Source of the DNA: Oscillospiraceae bacterium
Lineage (GTDB): Bacteria > Bacillota > Clostridia > Oscillospirales > Oscillospiraceae
Direction of reading: 5' to 3'
NCBI GenBank assembly: GCA_020860205.1
Contig: JAJBUU010000024.1
Span: forward strand, 18,646-82,645
DNA: 64,000 bases
Made by a program: the position numbers and the translations under genes. Positions within the stretch are counted from its first letter, which is position 1. Every line of letters begins with the position of its first letter. The notes beneath the pieces are model-generated. The model ran no database searches and had not been told where the DNA came from. It saw only the letters and a program-made list of their open reading frames with translations. Of the stretch, positions 17,448-25,762 are shown one piece after another.

Positions 17448-17661
17448 AGGCAACATTTCTATCCTTTTCGACAACAAAGGCGCCGTTTCCCACAAATCTG
17501 ACTGTGCAAGTGGGGGAGTTTTCTAAAAAAGCGCCTGTTTTTTCGACCTGCGTGGAGAACTCGGTCTTGCGCTGTGTGGAAAAGTGTGCTATACTTTAAG
17601 ACAGCATTGCATAATCGAAGTTGTGGCGGATTGCGGAAAGTTCGCGCCACGACTTTGCTGC

Positions 17662-17750
17662 AAAAAAACACAGGCATTACCGCGCGAATGCGTCGAACGG
17701 CTGCTTTTCGCCAGCCGCTCCTGCTGAACGACGCGGCGTCACCTGATCGA
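17662..17750. repeat. REP-like palindromic element, upstream flank of the vanY-like gene
   Basis: aaaaaacacaggcattaccgcgcgaatgcgtc...cctgctgaacgacgcggcgtcacctga. Colinear with 18692-18790. Ends are mutually complementary (long imperfect hairpin). Confidence 0.6.
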
Positions 17751-17822
17751 AAAGGAAAATTTTCTCTTTTCGCGCTTTCCCGCTGCCAGTCGGCGGAACG
17801 CGCGGCAAAAGAGGAGGTAGAA

Positions 17823-18629
17823 ATGAAAGTCAAACGCACGAGCTTCCTGCTCTTCGGGCTTTGCATTCTGCTGCTGCTCGTCGTCAGTGCGCGTGTTTCG
17901 CCGGACGAGAGCCGTATCGCGTCGGAAACCGCGCTCTCCGGCGACGGTACGGAGGATGCCGTTCCGGTGGACGCGCTTCCGCAGGAATCATATGCGGCGG
18001 ATGCAGGGACGGAGGAGCCGGAGGAAACGGAACCCGCGCTGCCCACGCCGCCGGAGCTGAATATCGGGAGCTGGCAGCTGACGCTGGTCGATTCTCTCCA
18101 CGTTCTATCCAGCAGCTTTGCGCCCGACGTGACAGAGGTGCGCGACGGACAGTATTTTGACAGCCGCGCCGCAGAGGAGCTGCTGGAAATGATTTCCGGC
18201 GCGGAGGAAGCCGGTTATACCGTCACAATCCGGACAGGCTATCGCCCATATGCGACCCAGGCCTACATCTTCTTTGGCAAGGCCAGCCAAATCGCGTGGG
18301 ACGGCACGGTGGAATATGCGGATGCAGAGGAGCTGGCAAGGAAAACCGTCGCCTATCCCGGTACCAGCGAACATCAGCTGGGGCTGGCGGTGGATTTGAT
18401 GGACAGCGCGAGCACGGCGATGGTCGCTGAGGATGTGGAGGAGCTGCCTGTGCTGCTCTGGCTTCAGGAGCATTGCGCCGAATACGGCTTTATCTATCGC
18501 TATCCGAAGGAGAAGCAGGAGATCACCGGCTGGTATGAGCCGTGGCATTTTCGCTATGTGGGCAAAGATGCGGCGACATATATCATGGAAAACGATCTTT
18601 GCCTGGAGGAATTTATCGAGCTGTATTAA
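17823..18629 (+). CDS. VanY/M15B-family D-alanyl-D-alanine carboxypeptidase, secreted or membrane-anchored
   Basis: Start moved to MKVKRTSFLLFGLCILLLLV (RBS GAGGAGG). Motifs YRPYATQ, PGTSEHQLGLAVDL, WHFRYVG. Confidence 0.85.
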   Translation: MKVKRTSFLLFGLCILLLLVVSARVSPDESRIASETALSGDGTEDAVPVDALPQESYAADAGTEEPEETEPALPTPPELNIGSWQLTLVDSLHVLSSSFAPDVTEVRDGQYFDSRAAEELLEMISGAEEAGYTVTIRTGYRPYATQAYIFFGKASQIAWDGTVEYADAEELARKTVAYPGTSEHQLGLAVDLMDSASTAMVAEDVEELPVLLWLQEHCAEYGFIYRYPKEKQEITGWYEPWHFRYVGKDAATYIMENDLCLEEFIELY

Positions 18630-18691
18630 GGCGACCCTGCATCATGAGGGCAGCGGCGCCTTGCGGAAAGGTTCTGCCAGAGCTGCGTTAT

Positions 18692-18790
18692 AAAAAACAC
18701 GGGCAACACCGCATGAATGCGTCTGCACCGTCCGGTGCAGCAGTTCCCACCGTCCGCGCCTGCTGACTGACGCGGTGTTACCCGAAACGA
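18692..18790. repeat. REP-like palindromic element, downstream flank of the vanY-like gene
   Basis: aaaaaacacgggcaacaccgcatgaatgcgtc...cctgctgactgacgcggtgttacccga. Same orientation as 17662-17750. Confidence 0.6.
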
Positions 18791-18800
18791 TACTGCAAAA

Positions 18801-18838
18801 GCGTTCTTTCGCAAAGACGGGAAGGAACGCTTTTTTTT
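18801..18838 (+). terminator. Intrinsic terminator
   Basis: gcgttc ... gaacgc stem followed by TTTTTTTT. Confidence 0.55.
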
Positions 18839-18880
18839 GCTGTGCAGCGGTTTCATCTCGTGGCGGCTGCAATTTGGGGC

Positions 18881-18908
18881 TTGAAAAAAGCGGGCGGTTT
18901 GGTATAAA
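18881..18908 (+). promoter_or_regulatory. Sigma-A promoter for glmM-glmS
   Basis: TTGAAA (18881-18886), 16 nt spacer, TG-extended TATAAA (18903-18908). Confidence 0.5.
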
Positions 18909-19034
18909 ATAAAACCGGAACAGTTGTTCCGGCGATCAAAATCATTTTTATGTATTCTGGGGCAGTGCCACACGACCCGATGCATATGGCCTTGCCGCAT
19001 CCGGGCGATTGCCCCAAAAAATTTGGAGAAGTAA

Positions 19035-20423
19035 ATGGGAAAATATTTCGGTACAGACGGATTTCGCGGGGAGGCGAATTGCAGCCTGACCGCAGAGCGG
19101 GCGTTTCAGGTCGGGCGCTTTCTCGGCTGGTACTACACCAGACAGAAGGAGACACAGGGCGAAGCGCTTCCCGCGCGCATTGTGATCGGGAAGGACACCA
19201 GAAAGTCCTCCTATATGTTGGAATATGCGCTGGTCAGCGGCGCGGTTGCCTCCGGCGCGGACGTGTATATGCTCCATGTCACCACCACGCCGTCCGTCGC
19301 TTACGTGACGCGGGTGGACAGCTTTGACTGCGGTATCATGATCTCCGCCTCGCACAATCCATATTATGATAACGGCATCAAGCTCATCAACAGCGCCGGC
19401 GAAAAGATGGACGATGAAACCATCGGGCTGATCGAGGCGTTTCTGGATGGCAGCTGCACGGCGTTTGGACAGACGTGGACGGAACTGCCGCTTGCGCGGC
19501 GGGAACACGTCGGGCGCACCGTGGATTATGTCAGCGGACGGAACCGCTATATCGGTTACCTGATCTCGCTGGGACTTTACAGCTTTCGCGGGATGCGCAT
19601 CGGTCTGGACTGCGCCAACGGCAGCAGCTGGAACATCGCAAAATCCGTGTTTGACGCGCTGGGCGCAAAGACCTTTGTCATCAACGCGGAGCCGGACGGG
19701 TTCAATATCAATCAGGACGCCGGTTCCACGCACATAGAGGGGCTGCGCCGCTATGTCGTAGAAAACCAGCTGGATGTCGGCTTCGCCTATGACGGAGATG
19801 CGGATCGCTGCCTTTGCGTGGATGAAAAGGGGAATGTCCTCAGCGGAGATCACATACTCTATATCTGCGGCAAATATATGAAAGAGCGCGGCCGCCTTTT
19901 GACTAACACCATCGTTACCACAGTGATGAGCAATTTCGGACTTTACAAGGCGCTGGACGCGGCGGGCATCGGCTATGTCAAAACCGCAGTAGGGGATAAG
20001 TACGTTTACGAATACATGACGCAAAACGGCTGCCGTCTTGGCGGGGAACAGAGCGGCCACATCATTTTCAGCGAATATGCCACCACCGGCGACGGGATTT
20101 TGACAAGTCTGAAGCTGATGGAGGTCATGCTGGCGCGGAAGCAGCGCTGCTCCGAGCTTTGCGAGGGCCTTTCTATTTATCCGCAGGTGCTGGAAAATAT
20201 ACGGGTGAAGGATCGGGACGCCGCGCAGGCCGACGCCGATGTGCAGGCGGCTGTGCAGTCCGCGTCGGAAAAGCTGGGCGAAGGCGGGCGGATTCTCGTG
20301 CGTCCGTCCGGTACGGAGCCGCTGATCCGCGTGATGGCGGAGGCGGAAAGCGAGGAGGTCTGCCGTTCGCTGGTGGACGGGATCATTGCGGTCATCCGTG
20401 CAAAAGGTCACGCGGCGCAATAA
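19035..20423 (+). CDS. glmM: Phosphoglucosamine mutase
   Basis: MGKYFGTDGFRGEAN, active-site SASHNPYYDNGIK, 462 aa. Confidence 0.95.
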   Translation: MGKYFGTDGFRGEANCSLTAERAFQVGRFLGWYYTRQKETQGEALPARIVIGKDTRKSSYMLEYALVSGAVASGADVYMLHVTTTPSVAYVTRVDSFDCGIMISASHNPYYDNGIKLINSAGEKMDDETIGLIEAFLDGSCTAFGQTWTELPLARREHVGRTVDYVSGRNRYIGYLISLGLYSFRGMRIGLDCANGSSWNIAKSVFDALGAKTFVINAEPDGFNINQDAGSTHIEGLRRYVVENQLDVGFAYDGDADRCLCVDEKGNVLSGDHILYICGKYMKERGRLLTNTIVTTVMSNFGLYKALDAAGIGYVKTAVGDKYVYEYMTQNGCRLGGEQSGHIIFSEYATTGDGILTSLKLMEVMLARKQRCSELCEGLSIYPQVLENIRVKDRDAAQADADVQAAVQSASEKLGEGGRILVRPSGTEPLIRVMAEAESEEVCRSLVDGIIAVIRAKGHAAQ

Positions 20424-20462
20424 AAAAACAGAAACCGGAACAGGAAAGGAAGCGGTCAGGTT

Positions 20463-22331
20463 ATGTGTGGAATCGTTGGATTTACCGGCGGGCGGCAGGC
20501 AGCGCCCGTCCTTCTGAAATGCCTTTCACGGCTGGAATATCGGGGCTATGACTCCGCGGGACTTGCCGTGCGAGACGGCGACGCGCCTGCCGAAGTTGTA
20601 AAAACCAAAGGGCGGCTGAAGGTGCTGGCGGAAAAAACGGACGACGGTCTTGCCCTGCCGGGCTGCTGCGGCATCGGTCATACCCGCTGGGCGACACATG
20701 GCGAGCCGAACCGCATCAACGCCCATCCGCACGTCAGCGGCAACTGCACCGGTTCCGGTTCCGGTCCGGTGGAGTCTGAGGTCGTCGGCGTACATAACGG
20801 TATCATTGAAAATTTTCAGGAAATTCGGGAAAAGCTCCAGCGCCACGGATACAGCTTTTACAGCCAGACCGATACGGAGGCTGTCATCAAGCTGGTGGAT
20901 TATTATTACAAAAAATACAAAATCGGCCCCATTGATGCGCTGACACGGACGATGGTGCGTGTGCGCGGTTCTTATGCGCTGGCCGTCATGTTCCGGGACT
21001 ATCCGGGAGAGATTTATGTTGCGCGGAAGGACAGCCCGCTGATCATCGGCATCGCGGACGGCGAAAGCTATATCGCCTCCGATGTTCCGGCGATTTTGGA
21101 TTATACACGGAGCATCTATTATATTGACAACCTGGAAGCGGCGCAAATCAAACCGGGCGAGGTACATTTTTTCGATTTGAACGGCGACGAGGTTGAAAAA
21201 CAGCCGACCGAGATCCAGTGGGACGCGGAATGCGCCGAAAAGGGCGGCTTTGAACACTTCATGATGAAGGAGATCCATGAGCAGCCGAAAGCGATTCAGG
21301 ATACGCTCAACAGTGTGCTGAAGGACGGCACGATCGATTTAAGCGCCGTCGGGCTCTCGGATACCGACATACGGGGAATTTCACAGGTTTATATCGTCGC
21401 CTGCGGCTCTGCATGGCACGTTGGAATGGTCGCACAGTATGTGATCGAGGAGCTTGCGCAGCTTCCGGTTCGGGTGGAGCTGGCCTCCGAGTTCCGTTAC
21501 CGGAACCCGCTGCTGGATCAAAACGGTCTGGTGATCGTCATCAGCCAAAGCGGGGAAACGGCGGATTCTCTGGCCGCGCTCCGTTTGGCAAAGGAGCGCG
21601 GCGTCCGGACGCTTGCCATTGTAAACGTAATGGGCAGCAGCATCGCGCGCGAAGCGGACAACACGTTTTTCACGCTGGCCGGACCGGAAATCGCCGTGGC
21701 TACGACAAAAGCATATAGCGCGCAGCTTGCCGCCTGCTATTGCCTTGCTCTCCGCTTTGCGTTGGCACGCGGCGCCATTCAGGAGTCGCGCTGCGCCGAG
21801 CTGGTTGCTGATTTGCAGACTATTCCCGCCAAAATTGAACAGATTCTTGCGGACAAGGAACGCCTTCAGTGGTTTGCCAGCAAATTTTCCAATGCGCGCG
21901 ACGTATTCTTTATCGGGCGCGGCATCGACTACGCCATCTGTCTGGAAGGCAGCCTGAAGATGAAGGAAATTTCCTATGTCCACAGCGAGGCTTACGCGGC
22001 GGGCGAGCTAAAGCACGGGACCATCAGCCTGATTGAAAACGGTACGCTGGTCATCAGCGCGCTGACGCAGCCCACGCTGTATGAAAAAACTGTCAGCAAC
22101 ATGGTGGAGGTGAAAAGCCGCGGCGCTTACCTGATGGGCTTGACCAGCTATGGCAACTATGCCATTGAGGATACGGCGGATTTCACCGTTTATGTTCCCA
22201 AAATCGCACCCTATTTTGCTGCAAGCCTTGCGGTGATCCCCTTGCAGCTTTTGGGTTACTATTCCAGCGTCGCCCGTGGGCTGGACGTGGACAAACCGCG
22301 CAATCTGGCCAAAAGCGTTACCGTGGAATAA
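20463..22331 (+). CDS. glmS: Glutamine--fructose-6-phosphate aminotransferase
   Basis: MCGIVGF N-terminal nucleophile, two SIS domains, C-terminal KSVTVE, 622 aa. Confidence 0.95.
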   Translation: MCGIVGFTGGRQAAPVLLKCLSRLEYRGYDSAGLAVRDGDAPAEVVKTKGRLKVLAEKTDDGLALPGCCGIGHTRWATHGEPNRINAHPHVSGNCTGSGSGPVESEVVGVHNGIIENFQEIREKLQRHGYSFYSQTDTEAVIKLVDYYYKKYKIGPIDALTRTMVRVRGSYALAVMFRDYPGEIYVARKDSPLIIGIADGESYIASDVPAILDYTRSIYYIDNLEAAQIKPGEVHFFDLNGDEVEKQPTEIQWDAECAEKGGFEHFMMKEIHEQPKAIQDTLNSVLKDGTIDLSAVGLSDTDIRGISQVYIVACGSAWHVGMVAQYVIEELAQLPVRVELASEFRYRNPLLDQNGLVIVISQSGETADSLAALRLAKERGVRTLAIVNVMGSSIAREADNTFFTLAGPEIAVATTKAYSAQLAACYCLALRFALARGAIQESRCAELVADLQTIPAKIEQILADKERLQWFASKFSNARDVFFIGRGIDYAICLEGSLKMKEISYVHSEAYAAGELKHGTISLIENGTLVISALTQPTLYEKTVSNMVEVKSRGAYLMGLTSYGNYAIEDTADFTVYVPKIAPYFAASLAVIPLQLLGYYSSVARGLDVDKPRNLAKSVTVE

Positions 22332-22418
22332 CGTGGGGCGTGCCCGCCGCGTTACGCGGCTGTTTCCCGCGATGCTTTGGAAAAACCGCTGAAAAGCCTG
22401 CAATACCGATCAGTTTGC

Positions 22419-22459
22419 AAAAAAATCCGTGCTGCAAGATATATGCAGCACGGATTTTT
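22419..22459. terminator. Bidirectional terminator between convergent glmS and the ATPase gene
   Basis: aaaaatccgtgctgca-agatata-tgcagcacggattttt, with A/T runs on both sides. Confidence 0.65.
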
Positions 22460-22656
22460 CCATTCAGGGCGGCGCGCATCATCCGGCGGGAGCGGGGCGC
22501 GCGGAAAGGCTTCGGCAGAACAGGGCGCGCAGGCGCAGGAGCGGAAGCAGGAGCGCCGCAGGGCGCGGCATATCCTTTGTGGGGAGGAACCTTTGTGTTT
22601 GCAGCGTACTTCCGGCAGAAAACAGCCGTCACAGCCGCCGCCTTCGGTTCCCTGCG

Positions 22657-24765
22657 CTATGCGTTGCAGGGCGTGTCCGCAGTCGGAGCGCCGCGCTCGA
22701 TCAGATTGCTCATGCTCTGGAGGGTGATGAGCAGGGTGGATGTGTTGTGCAGCAGCGCGGAGGTCGTCGGCTGAATGACGCCGGCCACGCCGAGCGCGAT
22801 CAATGCGCCGTTGATGCCAAGGATCAGCCGATAGTTCCGGTTGATCCGCTGCATCATCGCCTGGCTCAGCGTCCGCAGATTGACAAGCTCCCGCAGGTCG
22901 TCCGCTGCGATCATGATGTCGGCGATCTCCCGCGCGATTTGCGCGCCGTCGCTGATTGCGATTCCGACATTGGCGGCGGAGAGGGCAGGGGAATCATTGA
23001 TGCCGTCCCCGACCATCACGACCACGCCGCCGCGCGCCTGTTCACGCCGCACAAAGCTGGCTTTGTCTTCCGGAAGCACCTCCGCATGGTATTCGTCCAC
23101 GCCGATTTTTGCGGCGATTGCGGCGGCTGTGCGTTCGCTGTCGCCGGTCATCATCACGATTTTTCGGAATCCGGCTGCCCGCAGCGCGCGAATCACATCC
23201 GGCGCCTCCGGACGGATCGGGTCCTCGATGCAGATGACAGCCGCCAGAACGCCGTCTATCGCCATGTAAAGATGGGAATATTGGAGCGGCAGCGATTCAA
23301 ACCTGTCATGATATTGCGACTGAATCGTGCAGCCCTCGTCCTCAAATACGAAATGGTGACTGCCGATCACCACACGCTTGTCCTCCACATAGGAAGCAAT
23401 CCCATGGGCAACGATGTAATCCACCTTTGAGTGCATTTCGCTGTGCTGTATGCTGCGGTCACTGGCCGCTTTAACGACTGCATTTGCCATAGAATGTGGG
23501 AAATGCTCCTCCAGACAGGCCGCAATGCGCAGCAGCTCCTCCTCGCTGCTGTCGCAGAACGGGATGATTTCGCGCACAGTTGGGGTCGCCTTTGTCAGCG
23601 TGCCGGTCTTGTCGAACACAATCGTGTCGGCCACCGCCATTGCTTCCAGAAATTTCCCGCCCTTCGCTGTAATCTGTCCGGCGCTTGCCTCACGGATCGC
23701 GGAGAGCACCGTGACCGGCATCGCCAGCTTCAGCGCGCAGGAGAAGTCAACCATCAGTACGGAAAGCGTTTTTGTCACGTTGCGGGTGAGCAGCCAGACG
23801 AGCACCGTTCCCGCAAGGGTATAGGGAACGAGCCGGTCAGCCAGATGCTCCGCGCGGCTTTCCACTGCCGATTTCAGCTTTTCCGTATCCTCGATCATGC
23901 GCACGATTTTTTCATATTTCGTAGCGCCGGAGACACTTTTTACCCGGAAAGTCAGCTCGCCTTCCTCCACAACAGTACCTGCGTAGACTTCTCCGCCAAT
24001 GTGCTTTGCAACGGGCAGGCTCTCGCCGGTCAGCGACGCCTGATTGACTGTGGCCTCACCTGCCGTGACCGTGCCGTCAAACGGAATCATGCTGCCTGCG
24101 CCGACAACGGCCAGATCGCCCGCCTGAACCTGCGCGCTGTTGACCAGAACGCGCTGGGGCCCCGCCTGAATCCAGACCTTTTCGATGTTGAGCGACATAC
24201 TCCGCGCCAGATCGCCGACGGATTTTTTGTGCGTCCAGTCCTCCAGCGTTTCACCGATCTCCAGCAGGAACATGACCGAGCCTGCGGTTTCAAAGTCCCC
24301 GCGAAGGAGGGAAACCGTGATTGCCGTCGCGTCGAGAACCGGAACCTCCAGCCTGCGATCTCGCAGACAGCGCAGTCCGGCGCGGACATAGCCGAGCGCC
24401 TTGTAGATGCGGATGGCGATGCGCAACGGATAGGGGAGGAGCTTCGTTGCAAAATGTATCAGAACTTTTGTCGTCAGCTTTTCCCGAAATTCCGCGCTCA
24501 GCGCCCGCCCGGAATGCTCCATGACGTGCTCCGGCACGGAAATGCTGTCCAGGGAAGCTGTCCGCAGCGCCTCGATCACATCCGCGCCGTCTCCGGAAAA
24601 CTCGATTGCGGCGTCTGCGGTTTGTTCATAGACCTTGACCTTTTTGACGCTGGGACTGGTCTTGAGGTAATATTCCAGCGTATCCGCTTCCTGAAAGCTG
24701 AGCGCGTTCCGCGCAAGATGTACGCGGATTCTGCCCTCAATGCAGTGTTTAATATAAAATTTCAT
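22657..24765 (-). CDS. P1B-type heavy-metal ATPase with non-canonical SCA TM motif
   Basis: 702 aa. DKTGTLT, MTGD, GDGINDSPAL. The TM4 position reads VDFSCALKLAMP (S342-C343-A344 = nt 23734-23742) instead of CPC. The N-terminal ferredoxin-like domain has no CxxC. Confidence 0.9.
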   Translation of the reverse strand: MKFYIKHCIEGRIRVHLARNALSFQEADTLEYYLKTSPSVKKVKVYEQTADAAIEFSGDGADVIEALRTASLDSISVPEHVMEHSGRALSAEFREKLTTKVLIHFATKLLPYPLRIAIRIYKALGYVRAGLRCLRDRRLEVPVLDATAITVSLLRGDFETAGSVMFLLEIGETLEDWTHKKSVGDLARSMSLNIEKVWIQAGPQRVLVNSAQVQAGDLAVVGAGSMIPFDGTVTAGEATVNQASLTGESLPVAKHIGGEVYAGTVVEEGELTFRVKSVSGATKYEKIVRMIEDTEKLKSAVESRAEHLADRLVPYTLAGTVLVWLLTRNVTKTLSVLMVDFSCALKLAMPVTVLSAIREASAGQITAKGGKFLEAMAVADTIVFDKTGTLTKATPTVREIIPFCDSSEEELLRIAACLEEHFPHSMANAVVKAASDRSIQHSEMHSKVDYIVAHGIASYVEDKRVVIGSHHFVFEDEGCTIQSQYHDRFESLPLQYSHLYMAIDGVLAAVICIEDPIRPEAPDVIRALRAAGFRKIVMMTGDSERTAAAIAAKIGVDEYHAEVLPEDKASFVRREQARGGVVVMVGDGINDSPALSAANVGIAISDGAQIAREIADIMIAADDLRELVNLRTLSQAMMQRINRNYRLILGINGALIALGVAGVIQPTTSALLHNTSTLLITLQSMSNLIERGAPTADTPCNA

Positions 24766-24828
24766 GCGTTTTCAAACCCTCTATACAAAAACAGGATAAC
24801 TGCAAAGAACGGGATCTGTCTTATTCGA

Positions 24829-24857
24829 TAAAAAAAGCGGAGCCGGGCGGCTCCGCT
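24829..24857 (-). terminator. Intrinsic terminator between the 84-aa gene and the ATPase
   Basis: On the minus strand: agcggagcc-gccc-ggctccgct (9-bp stem) followed by TTTTTTT, about 65 nt before the ATPase start. Confidence 0.6.
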
Positions 24858-24914
24858 TCGCTTGAGACAACACCGTTCTTATGATGCGGTGAAGCCCGAA
24901 CCGTCAGGTTCGAA

Positions 24915-25169
24915 TCATTCGCCGTCCACAATCTGCGCCGCTGCCGCGTCATCCCGCTTTTGGTTGATCGACTTTGCCTCCGCCAGAATATCCTCGCAGT
25001 TCTCCTGCAGCGTGGTAGATGTCTTTGTCACGCAGTCCTTTGCGCGCAAAACCGCGGCGGTGCAGTGTGCATAGGTTTTCTTTGCGTCGTTGCTCGCAAG
25101 CAGCTTGATCCCTGCGGTTCCGAACAAAACGCCGCCTGCAAAGAGTGCGGCTTTTTCCCAGTTTGTCAT
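24915..25169 (-). CDS. Small membrane-anchored helical protein with 3 Cys (DUF1490-like architecture)
   Basis: 84 aa, GGAGG RBS. N-terminal TM helix (AALFAGGVLFGTAGIKLL) then a charged helix carrying C36, C46, C58. Lies immediately upstream of the P1B ATPase. Confidence 0.65.
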   Translation of the reverse strand: MTNWEKAALFAGGVLFGTAGIKLLASNDAKKTYAHCTAAVLRAKDCVTKTSTTLQENCEDILAEAKSINQKRDDAAAAQIVDGE

Positions 25170-25184
25170 ATGATAATGTCCTCC

Positions 25185-25265
25185 TTATTTGTGCCTGTAG
25201 CCTGTGTAGAACAGCATCGCAAAACAAAACAGCGCTGCCATTGCCCAAAATCTGTGTTGCTTCAT
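25185..25265 (-). CDS. Possible 26-aa hydrophobic micro-ORF
   Basis: MKQHRFWAMAALFCFAMLFYTGYRHK, ending 15 nt before the 84-aa gene start. RBS is weak or too close, so it may be only leader RNA. Confidence 0.2.
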   Translation of the reverse strand: MKQHRFWAMAALFCFAMLFYTGYRHK

Positions 25266-25338
25266 TGCTCCGATTCGCACACCTTCACATAAAATTCAAA
25301 ATGAAAGCTCCCGCTGTTGGGCGGGTTCATTTTCCAGC

Positions 25339-25367
25339 ATTTTAGCACCTGAAACCGGCATTGTCAA
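25339..25367 (-). promoter_or_regulatory. Sigma-A promoter for the small-protein transcript
   Basis: Minus strand: TTGACA (25362-25367), 17 nt spacer, TAAAAT (25339-25344). A second identical GTTGACAATGC lies 13 bp upstream. Confidence 0.5.
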
Positions 25368-25419
25368 CTTGCATTGTCAACAGTTTTCGCCAGTTTTTGC
25401 TGCGCCCGTTTTTCCATGC

Positions 25420-25448
25420 TTGACAAACGGGGAGCGCGTCGGTATAAT
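25420..25448 (+). promoter_or_regulatory. Consensus sigma-A promoter for the valS T-box leader
   Basis: TTGACA (25420-25425), 17 nt spacer, TATAAT (25443-25448). Confidence 0.7.
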
Positions 25449-25454
25449 AATCTG

Positions 25455-25735
25455 GCAATTCGGCTTTGATGAGCAGGAGTAGTCGCGTTTTCCGGCGCGC
25501 AGAGAGGACACGGGTGGTGCAAGTGTCCGCCGGGACGGAATGAAGGTCGGCTCGGAGCCGCATCGGAATCTGCGCAGACAGGGGCTTTCCCGCTGCCGGT
25601 TCCGGCGTTCGCCCGCGTTAAGGGTATGAGCGTCCCTGCGCGTTTCGCGGCGGGGAAATTCAGGTGGTACCGCGCAAAAGAAGGTCGTTTTGCGTCCTGA
25701 AGCAGTCAAAGCTGACGCTTCAGGGCGCTTTTTTT
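25455..25735 (+). promoter_or_regulatory. T-box riboswitch (Val specifier) controlling valS
   Basis: Stem I elements (AGTA, AGAGA, GGTGGTGCAAG). Candidate specifier GUC at 25546-25548 in gaaGGUCg. T-box core AAATTCAGGTGGTACCGCG (25656-25674). Terminator 25692-25735 (12-bp stem plus TTTTTTT). Confidence 0.85.
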
Positions 25736-25762
25736 GATGCAAAGCGAAAAGGAGAAACCAGC

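Noticed and set aside
20424-20462. glmS ribozyme expected upstream of glmS.
   Set aside because: Only 39 nt separate glmM and glmS, and nothing resembling the ribozyme core was seen there or upstream of glmM.
25664-25762. Track start of the valS ORF at 25664, adding 33 N-terminal codons.
   Set aside because: This stretch contains the T-box core and its terminator. The ATG at 25763 has a proper AAAGGAG RBS and gives the canonical ValS N-terminus.
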